Below are positions 18,904-26,669 of a stretch of 64,000 bases of DNA, piece after piece. The notes under the pieces were generated by a model, which was not told where the DNA came from, ran no database searches, and worked only from the letters and a program-made list of their open reading frames with translations. The stretch is from NCBI GenBank assembly GCA_017428155.1, contig JAFRRJ010000007.1:8357-72356 (forward strand). Reading direction: 5' to 3'. The stretch comes from Clostridiales bacterium (lineage in GTDB: Bacteria; Bacillota; Clostridia; Saccharofermentanales; Saccharofermentanaceae). Within the stretch, counting starts at the first letter, position 1, and every line of letters starts with the position of its first letter. Made by a program: the position numbers and the translations under genes.

Positions 18904-20172
18904 TCAGGTGCTGATGAGCTTTGAAGCGTATTCGGTATTATCGAAAGTCGCGAAGTAATCGTTAAGCGTCTCTGCTCTTCTGATCTCCTTAACGGAACCG
19001 TCCTCTTTAAGGAGCAGTTCGGCTGACCAGAGCCTTCCGTTGTAGTTATAACCCATTGCAAATCCGTGTGCGCCTGCATCGTGGATCGCAAGGAAATCGC
19101 CCATGTCGATCTTCGGGAGCATTCTGTCTATTGCGAACTTATCGTTATTCTCGCAGAGTGAACCCGTTATATCGTACTTATGGTCACAGGGCTCATTCTC
19201 TTTTCCAAGTACCGTAATATGATGGTAAGCGCCATACATCGCCGGTCTCATGAGATTTGCCGCGCAGGCATCAACACCGATATATTCCTTGTAGATATGC
19301 TTCTCGTGAATAGCTTTTGTAATAAGCATTCCGTAAGGTGCGAGCATGAATCTTCCCATCTCGGTATAGATAGCGATGTCACCCATTCCGGCGGGAACGA
19401 GAATACGCTCGAACTGCTTTCTAACGCCCTCACCGATCTCCATGATATCGTTTGCTGAATCCTCAGGTCTGTAGCCGATACCTACACCGCCTGAAAGATT
19501 GACGAATGCAAATTCGATGCCGACCTTCTCTGCGATCTCTACTACGAGCTCGAAAAGCTGTCCCGCAAGCGTAGGATAGTATTCATTTGTTACCGTGTTG
19601 CTCGCAAGGAAAGCGTGAATTCCGAATTTCTTTACGCCGTGAGCTTTAAGCTGGGTATACGCATCGATAAGCTGATCTTTGGTCATTCCGTACTTGGAAT
19701 CGCCGGGGTTATCCATAATGCCGTTGCTGAGCTTGAATACTCCGCCGGGATTATATCTGCAGCTCATTACTTCAGGGAACTCAGGTCCGAGGATCTGCTC
19801 AATGAACGGAATGTGCGTAATATCGTCAAGGTTGATTATGCCTCCGAGATTGGCACAGAGAGCATATTCTCTTGCAGGAGTGTCATTTGACGAGAACATT
19901 ATAGGACCGCCGACAGCGTCAGCAAGGATAAGCTCAGCTTCCGAAGAGCAGTCGAATCCGAATCCGTAGTCATTGATAATGTCCAGGATATAAGGATTCG
20001 GTGTTGCCTTTACGGCAAAATACTCGTTGAAGCCCTTGTTCCAAGCAAAAGCCTCTTTGACACGCTGGCAGTTCTCGCGGATGCCCTTCTCATCGTAGAT
20101 ATAAAAAGGTGTGTGGTAAGTTCTTGCGATCTCTTCGATCTGATTTTTGGTTACAAAAGCCTTCTTTTCCAT
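18904..20172 (-). CDS. lysA: PLP-dependent decarboxylase, Orn/DAP/Arg decarboxylase family 2 (diaminopimelate decarboxylase-like)
   Basis: FAVKATPNP (PLP lysine block), GSLCENNDKFA and DAGAHGFAMGYNYNGR blocks resemble LysA-type enzymes. Substrate is not certain. Confidence 0.65.
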   Translation of the reverse strand: MEKKAFVTKNQIEEIARTYHTPFYIYDEKGIRENCQRVKEAFAWNKGFNEYFAVKATPNPYILDIINDYGFGFDCSSEAELILADAVGGPIMFSSNDTPAREYALCANLGGIINLDDITHIPFIEQILGPEFPEVMSCRYNPGGVFKLSNGIMDNPGDSKYGMTKDQLIDAYTQLKAHGVKKFGIHAFLASNTVTNEYYPTLAGQLFELVVEIAEKVGIEFAFVNLSGGVGIGYRPEDSANDIMEIGEGVRKQFERILVPAGMGDIAIYTEMGRFMLAPYGMLITKAIHEKHIYKEYIGVDACAANLMRPAMYGAYHHITVLGKENEPCDHKYDITGSLCENNDKFAIDRMLPKIDMGDFLAIHDAGAHGFAMGYNYNGRLWSAELLLKEDGSVKEIRRAETLNDYFATFDNTEYASKLIST

Positions 20173-20272
20173 AACAACTACCCTCTAAAAAAACATATGA
20201 GGTAAGTTAACATTTTATTCAAGGAAATACAAGTGGATTATGTTGATAAGGCAGAATCGATTTCCAAAGATT

Positions 20273-21961
20273 TTATGCAGTCTTTCTTTCGCTTTCCATG
20301 CGTTTCATGACTTCATTAATCTCTTTCTCTGATGGTATATCAAACATTCCGATTGCGGTAAAGTAGATATCCACCTTGACATAATTCTTGCCATCGCGTT
20401 TTTCCTTGTCATGAATCTCAATCCTCTTTATCAGAGTGTTGACTAATACCGGATCAAGTTCTGTTATCTGTGACAGCGTACGAAGCTTGTCGAAAAGATA
20501 GCGTAACTCCACGCCTTCTTTTTCTGTCTTGGCCAGTTTTGCCTGCAGATCCGTGATGGTCTTGTCAATTTCTTTTTGTTCAGCTTCATATGACTGAATG
20601 AGTTTTTCAAATCGTTCATCTGAAAGCTTCCCAAAAGCATTGTCTTCATATACACGCTTTGAGAGAAAATCAAGTTCGCTGTATCTTTTTTCAGCTTGCG
20701 CAAGTTTCATCTTCTCCGCCTTAAGAGCTTCAGCTTTCAAAAGCTTGTTTCTCTCGTTGATCATATACATGAATACATTTTCATAACAGCGCACAAAATC
20801 CGCAAGGTCGCTTATAGCTGTAATTACTATTCGCTCAATGACTTCATTCCTGATGTAGTGAATAGAACAGGAGTCCTTGCTTCCCTTATACTTCGAACAT
20901 CTGTAGAAATCATATCTTGATCCGAAAATCTTGCTGGAGCAGAAGTGGAGTTTGGATCCGCAGTCATGGCAGAAGATAAGTCCTGAAAACATACTTGTTT
21001 TACCACTCTTTAATCGTCTTCTCCTGTTTTGGCGAAGCTCATGAACTCTCAACCAATCCTCTTCAGAGATTATAGCTTCCTGCTGATTAGGAATAATCTG
21101 CCGTTGTTCTTCAGGAACATGCGTTATTTTGTGAACTTTATAGCTCACAGTTGAATAAGCATTATTTACCATACAACCAGTGTACTTCCTGTTATCAAGG
21201 ATACTTGCTACAGTCGAACTTCCCCATCCATATGGGTTACCGGGAATTAGAACAGAATAGTTCCGACCAATCGAATCGTAATAAGCATTGGGTGTGAGCA
21301 CCTTCTCTTCTTCGAGTCTACTCGCTATCTGCGCTGTTCCCAAACCTGAAAGAAACAGATCAAAAATACGTCTTACGGTTTTAGCCGCTTCCTCGTCTAC
21401 CAACCATTTCTCCATGTCGTCCTCATCACGGACATAACCGAAGGGAATCCTATGAGATACACGCATATTGTGTTCAGACTTTGTCTTCCACACCTGTCGT
21501 ATCTTCTTGGAAGTCTGTGCAGCATACCATTCATTGAATATTGTATGGAACGGCATTATCTCTACGCCTTCGCCTGTAGCGGTGTTCACATGCTCCTGTA
21601 TCGCAATGAAAGTGATACCCAAGGAAGGATAGACAATCTGTGTAAGACGTCCCATCTCGGTCTGCTCACGTCCGAATCTGGAAAGATCCTTGACGATTAT
21701 TGTCCCGACTTTTCCGGCTTCGGCAAGAGCTTCCATCTCCTTGAATCCGGGACGATCGAAAGTAGTACCAGAAATACCATCATCTACGAAGAATCTCGTG
21801 TTATGGTATCCATTCTTCTTGCAATAGTCCTGAAGTATCTGTTTCTGGTTCTTGATGGAATTGGATTCCTCATCTGACTGCTTGTCTGCGTCATCAACTG
21901 ATAATCTGCAGTAAAGCGCTGTTATTTTATTGTCATTGCCCTTTATATCTGATGTTGTCAT
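20273..21961 (-). CDS. large serine recombinase (resolvase catalytic domain + recombinase domain + zinc ribbon + coiled coil)
   Basis: Catalytic block ALYCRLSVDD...IKNQK, VKDLSRFGR, a Cys cluster CHDCGSKLHF...CSKY, and a long C-terminal coiled coil. Start set at MTTSDIK (21961). Confidence 0.9.
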   Translation of the reverse strand: MTTSDIKGNDNKITALYCRLSVDDADKQSDEESNSIKNQKQILQDYCKKNGYHNTRFFVDDGISGTTFDRPGFKEMEALAEAGKVGTIIVKDLSRFGREQTEMGRLTQIVYPSLGITFIAIQEHVNTATGEGVEIMPFHTIFNEWYAAQTSKKIRQVWKTKSEHNMRVSHRIPFGYVRDEDDMEKWLVDEEAAKTVRRIFDLFLSGLGTAQIASRLEEEKVLTPNAYYDSIGRNYSVLIPGNPYGWGSSTVASILDNRKYTGCMVNNAYSTVSYKVHKITHVPEEQRQIIPNQQEAIISEEDWLRVHELRQNRRRRLKSGKTSMFSGLIFCHDCGSKLHFCSSKIFGSRYDFYRCSKYKGSKDSCSIHYIRNEVIERIVITAISDLADFVRCYENVFMYMINERNKLLKAEALKAEKMKLAQAEKRYSELDFLSKRVYEDNAFGKLSDERFEKLIQSYEAEQKEIDKTITDLQAKLAKTEKEGVELRYLFDKLRTLSQITELDPVLVNTLIKRIEIHDKEKRDGKNYVKVDIYFTAIGMFDIPSEKEINEVMKRMESERKTA

Positions 21962-21962
21962 A

Positions 21963-22223
21963 TTACGTTGCTCCTTTCTGACAACCGGGCATAGCATCAG
22001 TATCTTCAGAATACTCCCTCATTTGGGAAGCGTCCACATTTTTCAAAAGATAGTCCTGAAACTGCTTCATTACGGCTACACGGCCTTTGGGGTCATAATG
22101 CGTCTCTATCTCGAACACAGTATTTCCTGCATTTATGACAAAAGACTGCTCGCCATACTTTTCTATAGGCTCGAAAAGATCAGGATATATCAATTTCTTT
22201 CTTGCTTCGCTATCTTCTCTCAT
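21963..22223 (-). CDS. small transposon-associated protein (TnpW-like?)
   Basis: 86 aa, ending 1 nt before the recombinase start. The segment GNTVFEIETHYDPKGRVAVMKQFQDYLLK resembles my recollection of the TnpW pattern. Not verified. Confidence 0.4.
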   Translation of the reverse strand: MREDSEARKKLIYPDLFEPIEKYGEQSFVINAGNTVFEIETHYDPKGRVAVMKQFQDYLLKNVDASQMREYSEDTDAMPGCQKGAT

Positions 22224-22248
22224 AATCTAATCCCTTTCGCAAACAAAA

Positions 22249-22262
22249 CAAACGTTTGTTCG
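22249..22262. promoter_or_regulatory. LexA-box-like palindrome CGAACAAACGTTTG (minus-strand reading)
   Basis: One mismatch to CGAAC-N4-GTTCG. It starts 1 nt after the -10 of the promoter below. It resembles the recA box in this window (GAACAAATGTTC on the minus strand). Confidence 0.5.
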
Positions 22263-22263
22263 A

Positions 22264-22292
22264 ATTGTAGAGGGCTAAGCTAAGCATGTCAA
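22264..22292 (-). promoter_or_regulatory. promoter of the TnpW-like/recombinase operon (-35 TTGACA, 17 nt spacer, -10 TACAAT)
   Basis: Minus strand: TTGACA (22287-22292), 17 nt, TACAAT (22264-22269). Confidence 0.7.
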
Positions 22293-22313
22293 TACCGTAA
22301 CCACCTAAAATGC

Positions 22314-22340
22314 GAAACAGTCCGTTTAATGGACTGTTTC
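22314..22340 (-). terminator. stem-loop downstream of the BlaR1-like gene
   Basis: 10 bp stem GAAACAGTCC/GGACTGTTTC with a 7 nt loop. On the minus strand the tail is only weakly U-rich. Confidence 0.45.
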
Positions 22341-22400
22341 AGAAAAATCTGTCCTATTACCTCAAGACAAGTTGTCTTATCCCCAACTTGCGACCACTTA

Positions 22401-25400
22401 TCAACCTTGTTCCGAAAGCATAAGATTAACTCGATTCTCAATTATCTCTATGACATCATCCAGAGACTTCTGGCCACTGTAATATGCAGGCATTTCCTCA
22501 TTCATTATAACTAAGATTCCAGAATCCATATCCGGAACTGTAACTGCATCTGAAATCTGATCAATATAGTAATCAACGATATCTTTTGAGATCGGAATAT
22601 CTGATGCATCATAAGGGTTACGTCTGGAATTCTTCAGGTCTATATAGTTCTCAAACGAAATTTTCTGAGCACTTTTAAGAACAGGGTCAAAGTAGATATT
22701 TACCCGGTTTTGATATTCGGGAGACATCATAGACATCATAAACTCCCATGCTGCATCCTGCAGAGCACAACAGCTCGTAATACCTATGCCTCTTCCACTG
22801 ATAACCTCAGCATGTCCATCCGATGAAGGAAGACCTGTTATGGAATAGTTCTTATACGCTTTCCCATATAAATACACAAAAGATTCGAATGTCACACCCT
22901 CTATGATCTGCATATTTTTCATTTGCATCCAGTTTTGGTTATCATATGGCATGACACCTGGGATTGAAGCAATATACTCATTTGTTACTTTAAAGTCTTC
23001 ATTATCAAGCATAAGCTTTCCATCTTTAGAGAAGGATATACTGTCAGAATTTTTCATTAACGTTCTCATCAATGCCAGATTGTCATCATAGAGAATACTC
23101 TTGCCGGTATTCCTTTCATTTATGATATTGTCATACTGATCGAAAGTTAATCCAGCCGAACCCTCGTCAATAAAAGAATTATTAATCATTAATGCTGTGC
23201 AATTGAAGCCGTAATCCAGGCGGTAATGCTTGCCGTCACGTCCGTTGGGTTCAGTTACAAACTCCATATAATCACCGTTATTAAGGCTTTTCTCAGAGTT
23301 TATGCGCTTGGTAAGGTCAACAAGATAATCCAGACTGTTAAGCTGTGCGCTATCTGATCTGTAAATCACTATATCAGGTCCGTCTCCTTCCCTGATGTCA
23401 GCCTTAAGAAGATCCACTGCGTCAGCTTCATAAGCAGTAATCAGAGTAAGGTCGTCATGGAATGCATCATTATCATAAACGCTTGTGGCAACATCGTAGT
23501 ACTTATCGGTTACTTCGATAAAGTATTTGTCTGAGTTCCTGTTAAAGTCATTGATGGCGCCATATTCAAATTTGCTGATCCAATCAATATATGCAAGACT
23601 GAGTATCTTTTTACCATGATTGGGATTTTGAGCCGCTTTCTCCAGTTTTATAAGATGTGTAGTTGACATACCGCCCGTCGGAGACTGATCATCAATAAAA
23701 AGCACGATAGTGTCGTCTTTAGCCCACACAACTGCGTAATCTTCAAATCTGCCAAGTATATAAGTATCGTGAAGATCAGCCATAACAGTATCATCTTCTG
23801 TTCCGGAGATAGTTTTCGTGATCACTTTATTGTCACGGCATTCGAAAACCCCGCAATCAGGTACATAGTCCACCCAATTCAGATTATCCTTTGTTTCTGC
23901 AACTTCCATCTCAAAAGAATTCAGATCCACAGTACAGAAAAGACTTTTTCTGATACCGTTATCGGTAATCTCAGCAGTGATTGAGACTCCGTCTCCGTAT
24001 TTCATTAGGTTGCCAATATAATTAACCTGAACATCATTTCCAAATTCAGGAGCAAAGAATCTCGTGTTCCCGCCTTCAACTACACAGATTTTGTACGAAT
24101 TATGATCGAAGTCGCCCATAGACATTAGATATACGAGCTTATCATTTACTCCGGTCATTGTAATTACTTGTGAGAACATGCTTCCATCATCAGGGAGTTC
24201 TATCGAAAACGGATTCTTCAACGTTGCATTGTCAAAATCAATTTCGTATCCGACATTAACAAGAGAATCCAATTGGGCATCATAATGATTGATAACCGCA
24301 TAATACTTATCATTCAACTTATATAGCGTCTCAGGAGCATAGAAGATGACACCCTCTCCAAAATAATCGGAAAGACGCACCTGTCCGAGCAATTCGCCTT
24401 CATACGAATAATGTCTCAATATTGAATCGTTTGAATCCTTATTATGAATCATGAAAACAAGAATTACAGAATCCTCATCTGCAGCAAAGAAATTGTTATT
24501 CAGATCCCAAAACTCCTTGTTCACTTCTTTCTTAATGTCGTCTGGAGCAATGACTGTTTCAGTATCATTCCACCACGGATCATTTGCAGAGACTTCTCTG
24601 ACATTTCTGGAAGTGTTTACAAAAGAACAGCTTGTAACTGTCAGTATAGCCGCCATGCTCAACGCCAGAGCCTTCCGGCTGTTATCTACAGGTCTCTTAA
24701 TACTGATGATCCTCTTCTTCATCATCTCATATCCGCTCTTCATCCCGGTTGAAAGTGTAAACAGTGTTGCTGTGCTTGACTGCTGCTGGAGCATTCCAAG
24801 GAGTGTTCTGGCATAGTCTTTGGAAAAATCTTCGCCATACACCTTCATAACCTCTTCATCGCAAGCCAATTCACAATCAAATCCGGAAAGAATAAACGCC
24901 GCCCAGATAACCGGGTTATACCAGTTAAGGAAGAGAACCAGATATCTGATAAGTACCCACAAATAATCGCTGTGCTTATAGTGACATGCTTCGTGGCAGA
25001 TTACATACTCACTTACTTTCTGTAAATCATTGTCAACATAGATTTTATTGAACAGAAGGAAAGGGGTTTCTTTATGCCCGATACTATAAATCTTTAGTCC
25101 GCTAGAAGGATCTCTACCGATATATTTCCTGTTGCGTCTGCAATACGAGATAAAACCGATATTGTACGCTATCAGAGCAGCTATAAGAACAGCAGAGACA
25201 AGATAACTGCTTTTCATTAAAACTGATTCTATCTTTTTCGTTTCACTTTGTTTTGCATTTGATACCACTGCATGTTTTTCCGGTATCGGATCATGTTCAT
25301 TGATTATCTCAGGTTCATATTGTATTTCGTGATCTGCAGTATACAGATTATCGGAGCCTTCCGATTCAGTCTGTATATCTTCAGTCACAACTACAGGGGA

Positions 25401-25631
25401 GATACTGTCTGTTTCTTTATATATAGCAGTTTCGGTTTTTGCAGTAAACAAGTTATTCCATATGTCTGCTACCGGAACATCAAACCTTACAAACGGCATT
25501 AATACCATATAGAGCGGAATTACAATCCAGAAAGCATACTGGTACCTTCTTCGAATCTTTCCGTTCGATAATGCTCTGATAATGATTATGCCGATAGTTA
25601 AAATCGAAATGCCGATGATGTAGCGCAACAT
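22401..25631 (-). CDS. BlaR1/MecR1-family M56 metallopeptidase signal transducer with a roughly 750 aa non-PBP extracytoplasmic region
   Basis: The M56 block HEACHYKHSDYLW...NWYNPVIWAA...ELACDEEV contains an HExxH. A large C-terminal region follows, whose last roughly 350 aa look like a solute-binding-protein fold (GDGPDIVIY...). Confidence 0.8.
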   Translation of the reverse strand: MLRYIIGISILTIGIIIIRALSNGKIRRRYQYAFWIVIPLYMVLMPFVRFDVPVADIWNNLFTAKTETAIYKETDSISPVVVTEDIQTESEGSDNLYTADHEIQYEPEIINEHDPIPEKHAVVSNAKQSETKKIESVLMKSSYLVSAVLIAALIAYNIGFISYCRRNRKYIGRDPSSGLKIYSIGHKETPFLLFNKIYVDNDLQKVSEYVICHEACHYKHSDYLWVLIRYLVLFLNWYNPVIWAAFILSGFDCELACDEEVMKVYGEDFSKDYARTLLGMLQQQSSTATLFTLSTGMKSGYEMMKKRIISIKRPVDNSRKALALSMAAILTVTSCSFVNTSRNVREVSANDPWWNDTETVIAPDDIKKEVNKEFWDLNNNFFAADEDSVILVFMIHNKDSNDSILRHYSYEGELLGQVRLSDYFGEGVIFYAPETLYKLNDKYYAVINHYDAQLDSLVNVGYEIDFDNATLKNPFSIELPDDGSMFSQVITMTGVNDKLVYLMSMGDFDHNSYKICVVEGGNTRFFAPEFGNDVQVNYIGNLMKYGDGVSITAEITDNGIRKSLFCTVDLNSFEMEVAETKDNLNWVDYVPDCGVFECRDNKVITKTISGTEDDTVMADLHDTYILGRFEDYAVVWAKDDTIVLFIDDQSPTGGMSTTHLIKLEKAAQNPNHGKKILSLAYIDWISKFEYGAINDFNRNSDKYFIEVTDKYYDVATSVYDNDAFHDDLTLITAYEADAVDLLKADIREGDGPDIVIYRSDSAQLNSLDYLVDLTKRINSEKSLNNGDYMEFVTEPNGRDGKHYRLDYGFNCTALMINNSFIDEGSAGLTFDQYDNIINERNTGKSILYDDNLALMRTLMKNSDSISFSKDGKLMLDNEDFKVTNEYIASIPGVMPYDNQNWMQMKNMQIIEGVTFESFVYLYGKAYKNYSITGLPSSDGHAEVISGRGIGITSCCALQDAAWEFMMSMMSPEYQNRVNIYFDPVLKSAQKISFENYIDLKNSRRNPYDASDIPISKDIVDYYIDQISDAVTVPDMDSGILVIMNEEMPAYYSGQKSLDDVIEIIENRVNLMLSEQG

Positions 25632-25632
25632 A

Positions 25633-25989
25633 TCAATCCTCTTCGATTATCCTTTTAAGTTCTTCTAACTGTTCTTTAGTGAGCTTGTCTGAACACTTCA
25701 GATTTGAGATAAGTAATCCAACATTACCGCCATACACTTTATCCAGGAAAGATGTTGTCTCTTCAAGTTCAGCCTCTGTTCTATCTATAGCAGCACTGAA
25801 CCACTTGGTTCTTCCTTCTTGCACAAAAGTAACTATGCCTTTTTCAACCATACGATTAAGCAAGGTTATGATCGTCTGCTTGGACCATCCGGTTGTTGTA
25901 TCTAGGGTTCTTGTAAGTTCCATTAAAGTCATAGATTTATTAGCCCAAAGACAATTGACTATCTTCCATTCTGAATCTGTTAAACGCAT
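25633..25989 (-). CDS. BlaI/MecI/CopY family transcriptional repressor
   Basis: 118 aa winged-helix protein: LTDSEWKIVNCLWANKSMTLMELTRTL...GWSKQTIITLLNRMVEKGIV. Its stop abuts the BlaR1-like start. Confidence 0.85.
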   Translation of the reverse strand: MRLTDSEWKIVNCLWANKSMTLMELTRTLDTTTGWSKQTIITLLNRMVEKGIVTFVQEGRTKWFSAAIDRTEAELEETTSFLDKVYGGNVGLLISNLKCSDKLTKEQLEELKRIIEED

Positions 25990-26028
25990 TTACAATAATT
26001 CCTCCAAAGTGGTCTACTTCTGTTTACC

Positions 26029-26061
26029 AATATACTACGTTGGTCGACAAGAGTCAACCAA
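26029..26061 (-). promoter_or_regulatory. promoter of the blaI/blaR1-like operon (-35 TTGACT, 17 nt spacer, -10 TATATT) overlapped by an inverted repeat TTGGTCGAC-AAGA-GTCAACCAA
   Basis: -10 at 26029-26034 and -35 at 26052-26057. Inverted repeat at 26040-26061 with 9 bp arms and one mismatch, a candidate operator. Confidence 0.55.
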
Positions 26062-26215
26062 TAATGCTATTATTCAGTTCAATTTTGTCCGCATATAAGA
26101 GTTATGTACATCGATGCTCCTGTATGTTAGTGATACAATAATCCCAGGTGTTATCCACACGACATAGGCGGTTACCTCTAGTTGCCTTTGAAAAAAGGTC
26201 GAGGAGGTGGTGCTG

Positions 26216-26299
26216 ATGAGAGATTATGAAATTCTGATCGTGGTCCTGACCATTATCACAATAGTAGTAACTTTGATCATTGAGTACATAAAAAAATGA
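26216..26299 (+). CDS. unannotated 27-codon hydrophobic peptide, candidate type I toxin (MRDYEILIVVLTIITIVVTLIIEYIKK)
   Basis: Manual translation. Strong RBS GAGGAGGTGG at 26201-26210, 5 nt before the ATG. Extended -10 TGATACAAT at 26131-26139. Single TM helix with a Lys-Lys tail. A hairpin immediately follows the stop codon. Confidence 0.5.
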   Translation: MRDYEILIVVLTIITIVVTLIIEYIKK

Positions 26300-26375
26300 C
26301 CGCCCCTGTACCAAAAGTTGCGGTCATTATTGACATAATACTGAGGTAACCGTCTAGTGGGTAACACCTCTTTAC
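26290..26375 (-). ncRNA. candidate antisense sRNA (about 85 nt) convergent with the small ORF
   Basis: Minus-strand promoter: TTGATA (26404-26409), 16 nt, TGgTATTAT (-10 at 26382-26387). Terminator is a 9 bp stem AATGACCGC/GCGGTCATT (26295-26328) plus T7, complementary to the last codons of the peptide ORF. Confidence 0.45.
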
Positions 26376-26459
26376 ATCTACATAATACCACACAAGACTC
26401 AATTATCAATAATTCAACTATTACAACTATATATTTACTATCAGCTATTCTGAAAAACA

Positions 26460-26669
26460 CTTCGGAACGGATGCGCAAGCAACGCGTTTGTGTACCACAA
26501 ACACTACTAGCATGTCAGGGGACACTTCCCCTGAGACCCCGAGATGTTCTCGTCGAACATAGAAAATGAACAATCTCCGAAATGTGATTACAAGGGTTTC
26601 AGGGATTCCCTGACAAGCTCATTGTATTTGTGTGGGTACAAATACGTTGCTTGCTGAACCATTCCGAAG
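26460..26669. repeat. about 210 bp element closed by about 44 nt imperfect inverted repeats, with three internal hairpins (structured RNA or MITE-like)
   Basis: Left arm 26460-26503 pairs with right arm 26624-26669; there is a 15 bp near-perfect core GCAAGCAACG(C)GTTTG. Internal hairpins at 26516-26533, 26544-26560 and 26599-26613. Confidence 0.6.

Noticed and set aside
18780-19091. Track ORF of 103 aa overlapping the 3' end of the lysA-like gene
   Set aside because: It is out of frame within a well-supported CDS and extends into a hairpin-containing intergenic region. It has no RBS.
26102-26478. Track ORFs 26102..26314(-) and 26224..26478(-), of 70 and 84 aa
   Set aside because: They lack an RBS, have odd composition and run antisense to a much better supported small ORF and its RNA signals. 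I treat them as spurious.
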